From Fusobacteriota bacterium (lineage in GTDB: Bacteria; Fusobacteriota; Fusobacteriia; Fusobacteriales; JBNJFI01): a stretch of 13,024 nucleotides of DNA. The DNA lies in assembly GCA_051746725.1 (NCBI GenBank), contig JBNJFI010000012.1:22324-35347 (forward strand), written 5' to 3'. Shown piece by piece: positions 1 to 7,712 of the stretch (positions within the stretch are counted from its first letter, which is position 1; each line of letters starts with the position of its first letter). Below the pieces are notes generated by a model, which was given only the letters and a program-made list of their open reading frames with translations, ran no database searches and was not told where the DNA came from. The position numbers were made by a program, and so were the translations under genes.

Positions 1-2099
1 TCTTCTTTAATATTTTGTTCATTTTCAATTATAATCTCTTTTTTGATGATATTATCTTCTTGATTATCAATTGAAATTTCTTTGGTTATATTTTTAGAAG
101 GAATCCTCAATTGTATATTTTTCAAATTAGTATCTCTTGGAATATCGAAAGAAATAATCCCGCTTGCATCTGTATTCAAGGACTGTTCTCCATATTTTAC
201 TTCGAGATTTGAAATAGGAGCTTCATTATTATCTTTAACTTCTAATATAATACTAAAGATATTTTTATTAAGATTTATTATAAAGTCATCAATAGGTTCT
301 TTTTTAATAAGGATAGTATCAGAACTATAATCAATAAACTTATCTTCTTGAATTTTTATTTTATATTCTTTAAAAACAGGAATATTATTTAACTCAAATT
401 CCCCAGAATCTTTAGTTTTCGTAGATATTATAACATCATCATCCCCATCGACTAAATTAACAGTAGTATCTTTTATAGGTGTACCTTTATGAAGAACAGT
501 TCCTTGAATTGAAGACAAAAAAGGTTGTAATTGAAAATCTACTCCTGAAATAGTAGAAAACTTATCAACTTTTTTGACAGTTCCTTTAGTATGATAACCT
601 TTTTTGAAAAGCTTCATCATAACAAGACCGCTTTTCACAGAGGCGATATATTTTCCTTCGTTATCTGTGTAATATTTGTTTTCATTTTTGCTAACTCGAA
701 CAGTAATTTCAACATCTTTTAAAGGCTCTCCTTTTAAATCAGTAACTGTTCCTTTAATTACACTTGGTATTTCTTCAGTTTCTAAAGTTAATTTTATTTC
801 TTCATTTGGGTTTATATTTTTAATTGATTTATCTTCTTCTTTTATAAGTCTGTATCCTGAATTTTCAATTGAGATTTTATAATCTCGAGGAGGAACTTTT
901 AGATTAAAAGAACCATCAATTTTTGAAGTAGTAGAAATAACATCGCCATTAGAATTTTCAAAAAAGATTTGGATCCCACCTAGAAAATTATTTTTATTTT
1001 GAATAACCCCTGAAATAGTTGCTAATTTTTTTTCTAATTGCATTATTATGTATTGTGGGGATTCTTCATCTAAAATAACCTCTTGACTTGAATATTTTTT
1101 AGAATAGGGATTTTCAATTTCAAAGATATATCTCCCGAAATCAAGATCTAAGGAAACCAAAGAGTCTTCTAAATTTTTTGATTCAATAGTTTCTTCAGAA
1201 GAAATTATTTTTAATTTAGAGTTTGAAACTAAGGTTTTAGGAATATTTTCCTCTTCTTTATAAAAAAGTAAATCTTGATCATTTTCTAATATAGCTCCAA
1301 AATGAAACGTTTTAAAATTAGGTTTCAAATTGAACTCAAATTTTTTATTTTCTGAATTTATTGAAATCACTTGATCTAGAGAATTATAATCTTGACTAGA
1401 TACTTTTACGTAGAATTCACCATAGGGAAGATCTAATGATTTAGATCCATCAGAAAAAGAAACTTCTTGAAAAATTTCTTTTTGATTTTTTAATTTAAAG
1501 ATTAAATTTCCAGAATTGACATTAAAATTAAATGAGGTTTCAAATCTAATTCGCTTTAATTTAAAAATAAAAGATGAATTATTTAGATTAGAAGTATCTA
1601 ATTTAAATGTAAAATATTTATAGTTTTTTTCATCGATAGAAAAATTATAAATATTATTTTTTTCTAACTCAAAGGTAATGTTGCCGTTGGAATCACTTTT
1701 AGTATAGTCATTGGAATTAACGCCAGCTCTCTCCTTTTTTACTGAAACCTGAAGAGGGTTTTGGGTCAATTCATCGATAACCTGGATATCAATATTTATA
1801 AATCTATTTCTGAGAAAAATTTTGAAATTATTATTTTCATTACTTATATCAAATGTCTTAGTTTGCGAAAAGAATCTTTCTTTTGAAAAAGTGATATCAT
1901 AGGAAGCAGGAAATAACTCGATATTCACAACTCCTTCTTCATCTGTTTTTAAAGACAAATCTCCAATGGAAATATTTGCTTCTTCAATTGGTTTTTTATC
2001 TTCATTTAGAACTTGAAAAGATACATCTGTTAAATCTTCACCAAAGGATAAAATAGTTATAACAAAAATGAGTATGAGTTGCAGTAATTTTTTATTCAT
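1..2099 (-). CDS. Secreted protein with about 8 tandem carboxypeptidase-regulatory-like/PEGA-type beta-sandwich repeats; at least 699 aa, 3' end outside the window
   Basis: Not in the ORF track. I read the minus frame by hand from ATG 2099 to position 3 and found no stop. RBS GGAGGA at 2106-2111 (minus). N-terminus MNKKLLQLILIFVITILSFG|EDLT looks like a signal peptide. Units of about 80-95 aa repeat motifs such as VLNEDKKPIEEANI..KTDEEG, ISGVIQ..TSKIDGSFNL..PPRDYKI..GY, IKGTVTDLKGEPLKDVEI..YTDNEGKY..KKGY, IQGTV..PIKDTTV..KTKDSGEFEL and VKDNNEAPISN..NTDASG. Confidence 0.88.
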   Translation of the reverse strand, partial: MNKKLLQLILIFVITILSFGEDLTDVSFQVLNEDKKPIEEANISIGDLSLKTDEEGVVNIELFPASYDITFSKERFFSQTKTFDISNENNNFKIFLRNRFINIDIQVIDELTQNPLQVSVKKERAGVNSNDYTKSDSNGNITFELEKNNIYNFSIDEKNYKYFTFKLDTSNLNNSSFIFKLKRIRFETSFNFNVNSGNLIFKLKNQKEIFQEVSFSDGSKSLDLPYGEFYVKVSSQDYNSLDQVISINSENKKFEFNLKPNFKTFHFGAILENDQDLLFYKEEENIPKTLVSNSKLKIISSEETIESKNLEDSLVSLDLDFGRYIFEIENPYSKKYSSQEVILDEESPQYIIMQLEKKLATISGVIQNKNNFLGGIQIFFENSNGDVISTTSKIDGSFNLKVPPRDYKISIENSGYRLIKEEDKSIKNINPNEEIKLTLETEEIPSVIKGTVTDLKGEPLKDVEITVRVSKNENKYYTDNEGKYIASVKSGLVMMKLFKKGYHTKGTVKKVDKFSTISGVDFQLQPFLSSIQGTVLHKGTPIKDTTVNLVDGDDDVIISTKTKDSGEFELNNIPVFKEYKIKIQEDKFIDYSSDTILIKKEPIDDFIINLNKNIFSIILEVKDNNEAPISNLEVKYGEQSLNTDASGIISFDIPRDTNLKNIQLRIPSKNITKEISIDNQEDNIIKKEIIIENEQNIKE

Positions 2100-2111
2100 T
2101 TGAAATCCTCC

Positions 2112-2140
2112 TTGTTTTAATAAGAATAAAATAGTATAAT
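2112..2140 (+). promoter_or_regulatory. Putative sigma70 promoter for the histidine kinase
   Basis: TTGTTT (2112-2117), 17 bp spacer, TATAAT (2135-2140); RBS AGGAGG at 2180-2185 before ATG 2193. Confidence 0.55.
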
Positions 2141-2151
2141 ATAGTATATAA

Positions 2152-2180
2152 ATTATATCACTTTTTTATAATATTATCAA
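2152..2180 (-). promoter_or_regulatory. Putative sigma70 promoter with extended -10 for the secreted repeat protein
   Basis: Minus strand reads TTGATA (2180-2175), 17 bp spacer, TATAAT (2157-2152), with TG one base upstream of the -10 (TGaTATAAT). Confidence 0.65.
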
Positions 2181-2192
2181 GGAGGCTATTTT

Positions 2193-4589
2193 ATGAAAAC
2201 TAGCATGAAACGAAAATTTACTATAATTCTTGTAATAACAATAATTTTTTCAATGATAATTGCATATTGGATCTCCATGGATATGATATACTCAAGCTTA
2301 GAAAATCAAAGTAGAAATCATATGAGAACAGAAACCTTAGACAAGTTTGAAAGTATTAAACGTTATAAAAAACAAATGATAGGAAAAGATTTAAAAATAC
2401 TTATAAAAAATTTGGACTTGGAAAAAGTTTTTGAAAATAGAGATAAATATAATACAAAAGAAGAAGTTTTAAATTTGCAAGTTAAATTCGAAAAGAAAAT
2501 AACAGAAACTTTAAGAGAGTACGATATTTCCGTGGAAGAAGATGAGGTTAGAATTCGATTTTTTGATGAAGATGGTTTTTTTTTAAAAGGCGGAGAGAAC
2601 GAAGAATATATCATAAAAAACATATTTAACCAAAACTTTTTTGAAAATTTTGATTATAAAGTTAAAAATAATGACTTTTTTGCTACTATATATATGAATC
2701 TAAATCTCAAAAAAGGGTACGGGGGTATATCTTTGGAATACAATATCCAAGATCAACTTCAATCTAATTGGGCAATATTGGATAAAAACAGAAAAAAAGT
2801 AATAGTAAATAGCTTTTTATCAGAATTAGACAGCTTTAAGTTACCTGAAATGAAAAATAATAAAATTGAAATAAATGGGAAAGTATACGAGTCGGTAATA
2901 TTACCAATTGAGGGAATTAAAAGAGAGACTAAATTCAATCTTTTAGCAATAAAGGATGTAACAAACTTGTTAAAAAGAAAGCAAGAAATTTCAATATATT
3001 TATTTCTGAATTTTCTATTTTTATTCTCTCTTGTTTTAGTCTTTTCTAATTCAATAGTAGATCTATTTATAAGCGCTTTAAATGAATTAACAGATAAAAT
3101 GAACTCTTTAAGTAAAGGAAATTTTGATATTGAATTTGGAAATTTAAGAAATAGGAATGATGAGATAGGAATACTTGCTAAAAATTTTGAGGATATGGTT
3201 AATAAGTTAAAAGAAAAAATTTCAAATTTAGAAATAGCCAAGACTAAATACAAAAAAAATGCAGAAAAACTAGAAAAAATTAATGAGAATTTTAAGAAAA
3301 ATAAAGATGAACTCAGAAGAAAAAATGAAAATATAGATAGAATAAATGGAATGCTAAGTAGTAGAATAAAAGAAATTACTAACTTATATTATCTAATAAT
3401 TAATGTCTCAAAATATTTAACTGATGATAAATTCTATGAAGTTGTTGTACGAGGGATAAGAGAAGGATTAAGAGTTAGAAAAGTTATTTTTCTAGAATTA
3501 AATGGATTAAAACTAGAAATAAAGGGTAAGATGGGAATTAAGATAGACGAAGAGGAGGTGGAAATAACCCCCAAAGAAAGAGATAAGATAAAGAGTATAA
3601 AGAAATTTCGAAAGTTAAATTTAAAGGAATTTGAATATAAAAAAATAATGCAATTAAAGGATTTTAATACTCCTTATATTCTGCCGCTTTTTTCTGAGAG
3701 AAATCGTGAGAAAAAAGATTTTTACGGAGGAATAATAATCGATTTAGACTATGAAATGAATTCTGATTTAGAAAAATCGATAAGATCTTATATAACTACT
3801 ATAATTTTGGCCTTGGAAAACAGAAATTTATACTTCGAATTATACAATAAAATTAATAAATTAGAGCATATAACAGAAGATTTAAAGGAATCAGAGAGAG
3901 TGAAAAATACATTTATAGCCAATGTAAGTCATGAATTAAAGGTTCCATTGGTTCCAATTAAAGGATATATCGAGATGATTTTAAATGGAACATTAGGAGA
4001 CATAACAATATTTCAGAGAAAAGGATTAATAACTTCTTTAAATAATGCTCAGAGGTTACAAGATATGCTAGAAAACATATTGAATTATTCTAGGATTGAA
4101 AGTGGGAAATATGAGTTGTATAATACAAGGTTTAATTTAATATTGGTATTAAATAATGCAATAAAGCATTCCCAAGATCTTTTGTTAAAAAAACAGATAA
4201 AAATAAATAAAACTATTGATGATTATAATATGATGGTATACGGAGATAAAAGTGCAATGTTACAGGTTTTTATAAATATTTTATCTAATAGTATTAAGTT
4301 TTCTGAACAGGAACAAAATATAGATATTATGTTAAAAGAAAAAACTAATAAATATGTAGTTAAAATAAGGGATTATGGTATTGGAATGGAAAAAGAAGAG
4401 TTAGAGTCTATATTTAAAAGTTTTAGACAATTAAAAGAAGGAGATTCTAGGGAATATGGTGGAGTAGGATTGGGATTAACTGTAACCCAAAAAATATTAG
4501 AGTATTATGACGAAAAATTGATAATAACAAGTACTCCAGGAGAAGGAACAATTGTAAAATTTGAGTTTGATAAAGCTAACAAAACCTAG
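2193..4589 (+). CDS. Membrane sensor histidine kinase (TM, extracytoplasmic sensor, TM, HAMP, coiled coil, GAF-like, HisKA, HATPase_c), 798 aa
   Basis: Two hydrophobic segments (FTIILVITIIFSMIIAYWI; ISIYLFLNFLFLFSLVLVF). HAMP: LNELTDKMNSLSKGNF..RNDEIGILAKNFEDM. H-box FIANVSHELKVPL (H580), N-box QVFINILSNSIKF, G1 DYGIGM, F-box IFKSF, G2 GGVGLGL. The GAF-like call for about aa 400-545 rests on length and the ending ILALENRNLY, and is less certain. Confidence 0.93.
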   Translation: MKTSMKRKFTIILVITIIFSMIIAYWISMDMIYSSLENQSRNHMRTETLDKFESIKRYKKQMIGKDLKILIKNLDLEKVFENRDKYNTKEEVLNLQVKFEKKITETLREYDISVEEDEVRIRFFDEDGFFLKGGENEEYIIKNIFNQNFFENFDYKVKNNDFFATIYMNLNLKKGYGGISLEYNIQDQLQSNWAILDKNRKKVIVNSFLSELDSFKLPEMKNNKIEINGKVYESVILPIEGIKRETKFNLLAIKDVTNLLKRKQEISIYLFLNFLFLFSLVLVFSNSIVDLFISALNELTDKMNSLSKGNFDIEFGNLRNRNDEIGILAKNFEDMVNKLKEKISNLEIAKTKYKKNAEKLEKINENFKKNKDELRRKNENIDRINGMLSSRIKEITNLYYLIINVSKYLTDDKFYEVVVRGIREGLRVRKVIFLELNGLKLEIKGKMGIKIDEEEVEITPKERDKIKSIKKFRKLNLKEFEYKKIMQLKDFNTPYILPLFSERNREKKDFYGGIIIDLDYEMNSDLEKSIRSYITTIILALENRNLYFELYNKINKLEHITEDLKESERVKNTFIANVSHELKVPLVPIKGYIEMILNGTLGDITIFQRKGLITSLNNAQRLQDMLENILNYSRIESGKYELYNTRFNLILVLNNAIKHSQDLLLKKQIKINKTIDDYNMMVYGDKSAMLQVFINILSNSIKFSEQEQNIDIMLKEKTNKYVVKIRDYGIGMEKEELESIFKSFRQLKEGDSREYGGVGLGLTVTQKILEYYDEKLIITSTPGEGTIVKFEFDKANKT

Positions 4590-4608
4590 GAGAAAAAGAG
4601 AAATAGAT

Positions 4609-4637
4609 TTGACATATAGACTATAATAGTGTAAAAT
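4609..4637 (+). promoter_or_regulatory. Near-consensus sigma70 promoter for the DUF4912-GH57 unit
   Basis: TTGACA (4609-4614), 17 bp spacer, TAAAAT (4632-4637); RBS AAGGAGG at 4717-4723. Confidence 0.7.
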
Positions 4638-4730
4638 TTTATTAAGGAGTTTTTGTAAATTACATTTTAGAAATATTAATTTTAATATAAAATAAAGTAG
4701 GGGATTTCAATTCAATAAGGAGGAGAAAAA

Positions 4731-5981
4731 ATGGAAGATAAAAACATGTCAGAATTAACAAAATATGAACTTTACAATCTTGCAAGAAAGTATGATATCA
4801 AAGAAAGAACAAAGATGTCAGAAGAGGAATTGATTCAAGCTTTAAAAAAAGTAATAATAAACGAAGAGCAAACAGAAATCGAGGATGAAAAATTTGATCT
4901 AGGAGAACAGATAAAACCCACAGGATCTTCAGAAGGGTTAACAAGTGAAACAGGGAAATCTCAAGGAGAAACAGAGGTCGAGCAACAAATTGAAAGAAAA
5001 AAATCGATATATTTCGATGGAGATCCATTGCCAGATGGATATGGGGATAATAAGATAGTATTGATGCCTAAAAACGCACAGTGGTTATATGCATATTGGG
5101 AAATAGATGAAAATAAAGTTGGAGAGATCCGGAAAAATGAAACAGGTAATTTAAATCCGGCTATTAGAATATATGATGTTACATTAAAAGATTTTGATGG
5201 AAATAATGCAAATAATTACCGTGATATAGAGATTCCTGATATGGGAATAAATGATTGGTTTATTGGAGATTTAAACCCGAAAGCAACTTATGTTGCAGAT
5301 ATAGGTTATAAAAAAGAAGATGGAAGTTTTATTACTGTTGCTAGATCTAATTCATCAGCAACATCAAGTGAATCTATATCGGATAATGTAGATACAAAAT
5401 GGATGATTATAGAGGAATATTTCAAAAAAATACTAGCAAGATCATCTGCAGGAAGAATAAAAGATGGAAAATGGGTAGGAGGAAAAGGTGCTTCTGGAGC
5501 AATATTAGGATCTTCCGAAGAAATGGTATCTGTTTTACTTAAAAGACTAATAAAAGATAAAAAATTGAAAAAAGGGAAGATGCTATCTCAGCTTGAAAGA
5601 GAATTAGGAAGCTTAGGTATTAGTAGCTTAGGCGCTAGTAGTTTAGGAGCTAGTGGTGGAAGTTTATCTGTTGGAAGCTTCAGTATTCAAAATGACAAGG
5701 GAGAAGTTGAAAAATCTCAAGGTGAGCTAGGTAAAGGAAATGTTGAAAAGAATAGGGATTTTTATCTTAAAGTAGGAACAGAGTTGATATTATACGGTGA
5801 AACAGAGCCAGATGCAGATGTAACTGTAATGGGTGAAAAAATAGAATTGAATCCTGACGGAACTTTTAGTTTCAGGTATGCATTGCCTAATGGACATTAT
5901 GAATTACCAGTAATAGCAATATCAAACGATGGTGAAGAAGCTAGAAAAATAACACCAATAGTAGATAGAAATGAAGAGTAG
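4731..5981 (+). CDS. DUF4912 family protein with N-terminal Rho termination factor N-terminal-like (Rho_N) domain, 416 aa
   Basis: N-terminus MSELTKYELYNLARKYDIKERTKMSEEELIQAL fits the Rho_N helix-extension-helix pattern. DUF4912 core: LPDGYGDNKIVLMPKNAQWLYAYWEI..IRIYDVT..WFI..YVADIGY..F..VARSN. Ser/Gly-rich linker. C-terminal RDFYLKVGTELILYGETEPDADVTV..NPDGTFSFRYALPNG is typical of long family members. Adjacent to a GH57 gene. Confidence 0.88.
   Translation: MEDKNMSELTKYELYNLARKYDIKERTKMSEEELIQALKKVIINEEQTEIEDEKFDLGEQIKPTGSSEGLTSETGKSQGETEVEQQIERKKSIYFDGDPLPDGYGDNKIVLMPKNAQWLYAYWEIDENKVGEIRKNETGNLNPAIRIYDVTLKDFDGNNANNYRDIEIPDMGINDWFIGDLNPKATYVADIGYKKEDGSFITVARSNSSATSSESISDNVDTKWMIIEEYFKKILARSSAGRIKDGKWVGGKGASGAILGSSEEMVSVLLKRLIKDKKLKKGKMLSQLERELGSLGISSLGASSLGASGGSLSVGSFSIQNDKGEVEKSQGELGKGNVEKNRDFYLKVGTELILYGETEPDADVTVMGEKIELNPDGTFSFRYALPNGHYELPVIAISNDGEEARKITPIVDRNEE
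5610..5654 (+). repeat. Imperfect in-frame 15-bp tandem repeat, 3 copies, encoding SLGIS-SLGAS-SLGAS
   Basis: agcttaggtattagt / agcttaggcgctagt / agtttaggagctagt. Confidence 0.8.
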
Positions 5982-6012
5982 TATATAATAGAATAAGAAA
6001 GTGGGGTAATTA

Positions 6013-7605
6013 ATGTCAAAAGGATATTTATCAATGTTATTACATGCTCATTTACCTTATGTAAGACATCCAGAACATGAAGATTTTTTAGAAGAAGACT
6101 GGTTATATGAGGCGATTACTGAGACTTATATACCACTTTTAGATATGTTTGAGAGTTTAACCAGGGATAATATTCCTTGGAATATGACTTTAACTATGTC
6201 TGGAACTTTAGTTAATATGTTAGAGGATGAATTATTACAAAATAGATATTTAAATCATTTAAATAAGATGTTAGAATTCAGTAAAAAAGAGATAACTAGG
6301 TTAAAATTTAAACCTGATTTTTTAAAAGTAGCTGAGCATAATAAAAACTTTTTTGAGCAAGCAAAATACTATTTCGATAGATATAATAAAAACTTACTTA
6401 CAGGGTTTAAAAAATTCCAGGATATGGGAAATTTAGAAATAATTCCTGTTACAGCTACACATGGATTTTTACCAGCGATGAAAGATTATGAAGAAGCTAT
6501 TAACGCTCAAGTAGAAATGGCAAAAATTGATTATAAAAGAGTATTTCAAAAAGAACCACTTGGAATGTGGTTAGCAGAGTGTGCATATTATCCTGGCCAA
6601 GATGAGTATTTAGAAAAACATGGAATCAAGTATTTTATGGTTGATTCCCATGGTATTTTATTTGGCGATCCAAAACCTGTATATGGTATTTATTCTCCTG
6701 TTTATACTGAATCAGGAGTAGCAGCGTTTGGAAGAGATATAGAATCTTCTGAGCAAGTTTGGAGTTCTGAAATGGGTTATCCAGGAGATGGGGTTTATAG
6801 AGAGTTTCATAAAGATGCTGCATTTGATCTTCCTTATGATTATGTAAAGGAATATTTACATGATGATGGAGTAAGAAGAAATATGGGAATAAAATATTAC
6901 TCTATTACAGATAAAAAAGGGGACCAACCCAAAAAAGTTTATGATCCAGAATTAGCTTCTAATAGAGCAAAAGAACATGCTCAAAACTTTATAGATAATA
7001 GAGAAAAACAAGTAGAACATCTGTCTAAATATATGAAAGACAGAAAACCAATAATATTATCACCTTATGATGCGGAACTTTATGGACATTGGTGGTATGA
7101 GGGACCGAAATTTTTAGAAGAATTATTTCGTGCTATGGCCAAAAGTGATATTGTAGAGGGGATAACACCATCTGGATATTTAGAGGAAACTCCTAAAAAT
7201 CAGGTTGTTACTCCAGCAGCTTCAAGTTGGGGAGCTAATGGATATTATGATGTTTGGGTAGATAGCTCAAATAGACATATATATAGACATCTTCATAAAG
7301 GAGCAGAAAGAATGATAGAGCTAGCTAATAAATTTGAAAATCCTTCAGATTTAGAAAGAAGAGCTTTAGATCAAGCTGCTAGAGAATTAATGATGGCTCA
7401 AACTTCCTGTTGGCCTTTTATTATGTTTACTGGAACAATGGTGGGATACGCTGAAAAAAACATAAGAGATCACATAAATAGATTGTTTAAATTATATTTT
7501 GAACTTAAGGAAAATAGGATAGATGAAAATTGGCTATCTGAAATAGAATATAGAGATAATATATTTCCAACAATGGATTATAAGATATATAAAAGTAATA
7601 GATAA
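6013..7605 (+). CDS. Glycoside hydrolase family 57 1,4-alpha-glucan branching enzyme (GH57 + DUF1957), 530 aa
   Basis: Conserved regions: HAHLPYVRH; WLYEAITETYIPL; ATHGFLP; WLAECAY (nucleophile E189); QVWSSEMGYPGD; PYDAELYGHWWYEG (acid/base D353); SSWGANG; QAARELMMAQTSCWPFIM. Confidence 0.92.
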   Translation: MSKGYLSMLLHAHLPYVRHPEHEDFLEEDWLYEAITETYIPLLDMFESLTRDNIPWNMTLTMSGTLVNMLEDELLQNRYLNHLNKMLEFSKKEITRLKFKPDFLKVAEHNKNFFEQAKYYFDRYNKNLLTGFKKFQDMGNLEIIPVTATHGFLPAMKDYEEAINAQVEMAKIDYKRVFQKEPLGMWLAECAYYPGQDEYLEKHGIKYFMVDSHGILFGDPKPVYGIYSPVYTESGVAAFGRDIESSEQVWSSEMGYPGDGVYREFHKDAAFDLPYDYVKEYLHDDGVRRNMGIKYYSITDKKGDQPKKVYDPELASNRAKEHAQNFIDNREKQVEHLSKYMKDRKPIILSPYDAELYGHWWYEGPKFLEELFRAMAKSDIVEGITPSGYLEETPKNQVVTPAASSWGANGYYDVWVDSSNRHIYRHLHKGAERMIELANKFENPSDLERRALDQAARELMMAQTSCWPFIMFTGTMVGYAEKNIRDHINRLFKLYFELKENRIDENWLSEIEYRDNIFPTMDYKIYKSNR

Positions 7606-7608
7606 GAT

Positions 7609-7664
7609 AAATTGCTCCCTTGATTAAAGCATAATAACAATTATGACTTAAATAGGGAGCATTT
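7609..7664 (+). terminator. Long imperfect hairpin after the GH57 gene; probable terminator or mRNA-stabilising stem
   Basis: Outer stem TGCTCCCT (7613-7620) pairs with AGGGAGCA (7654-7661). Inner stem CATAAT pairs with ATTATG around loop AACA. Only a weak U-rich tail follows (TTTCTAATGTTT). Confidence 0.55.
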
Positions 7665-7712
7665 CTAATGTTTGAAAATATCTGTTTTACTAAACAGGAA
7701 GGTGAATAAATA

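Noticed and set aside
82..882. Plus-strand ORFs 82-330 and 676-882
   Set aside because: Antisense shadows of the long minus-strand gene; no RBS, and the F/L/I/S-rich composition typical of reverse-read AT-rich coding DNA.
2363..3253. Minus-strand ORFs 2363-2623 and 2759-3253
   Set aside because: Entirely antisense to the kinase, with no recognisable motifs.
4644..4658. AAGGAG followed by TTG-TAA as a start-stop mini-ORF
   Set aside because: Only 3 nt between the SD and the TTG, too short for initiation.
4731..4860. Calling the DUF4912 gene transcription termination factor rho
   Set aside because: Only the small N-terminal helical module resembles Rho; there is no RNA-binding OB fold or Walker A ATPase domain.
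7613..7661. Iron-responsive element or known riboswitch upstream of the ferritin-like gene
   Set aside because: The loop is AACA, not CAGUGN, and I recognise no riboswitch consensus.
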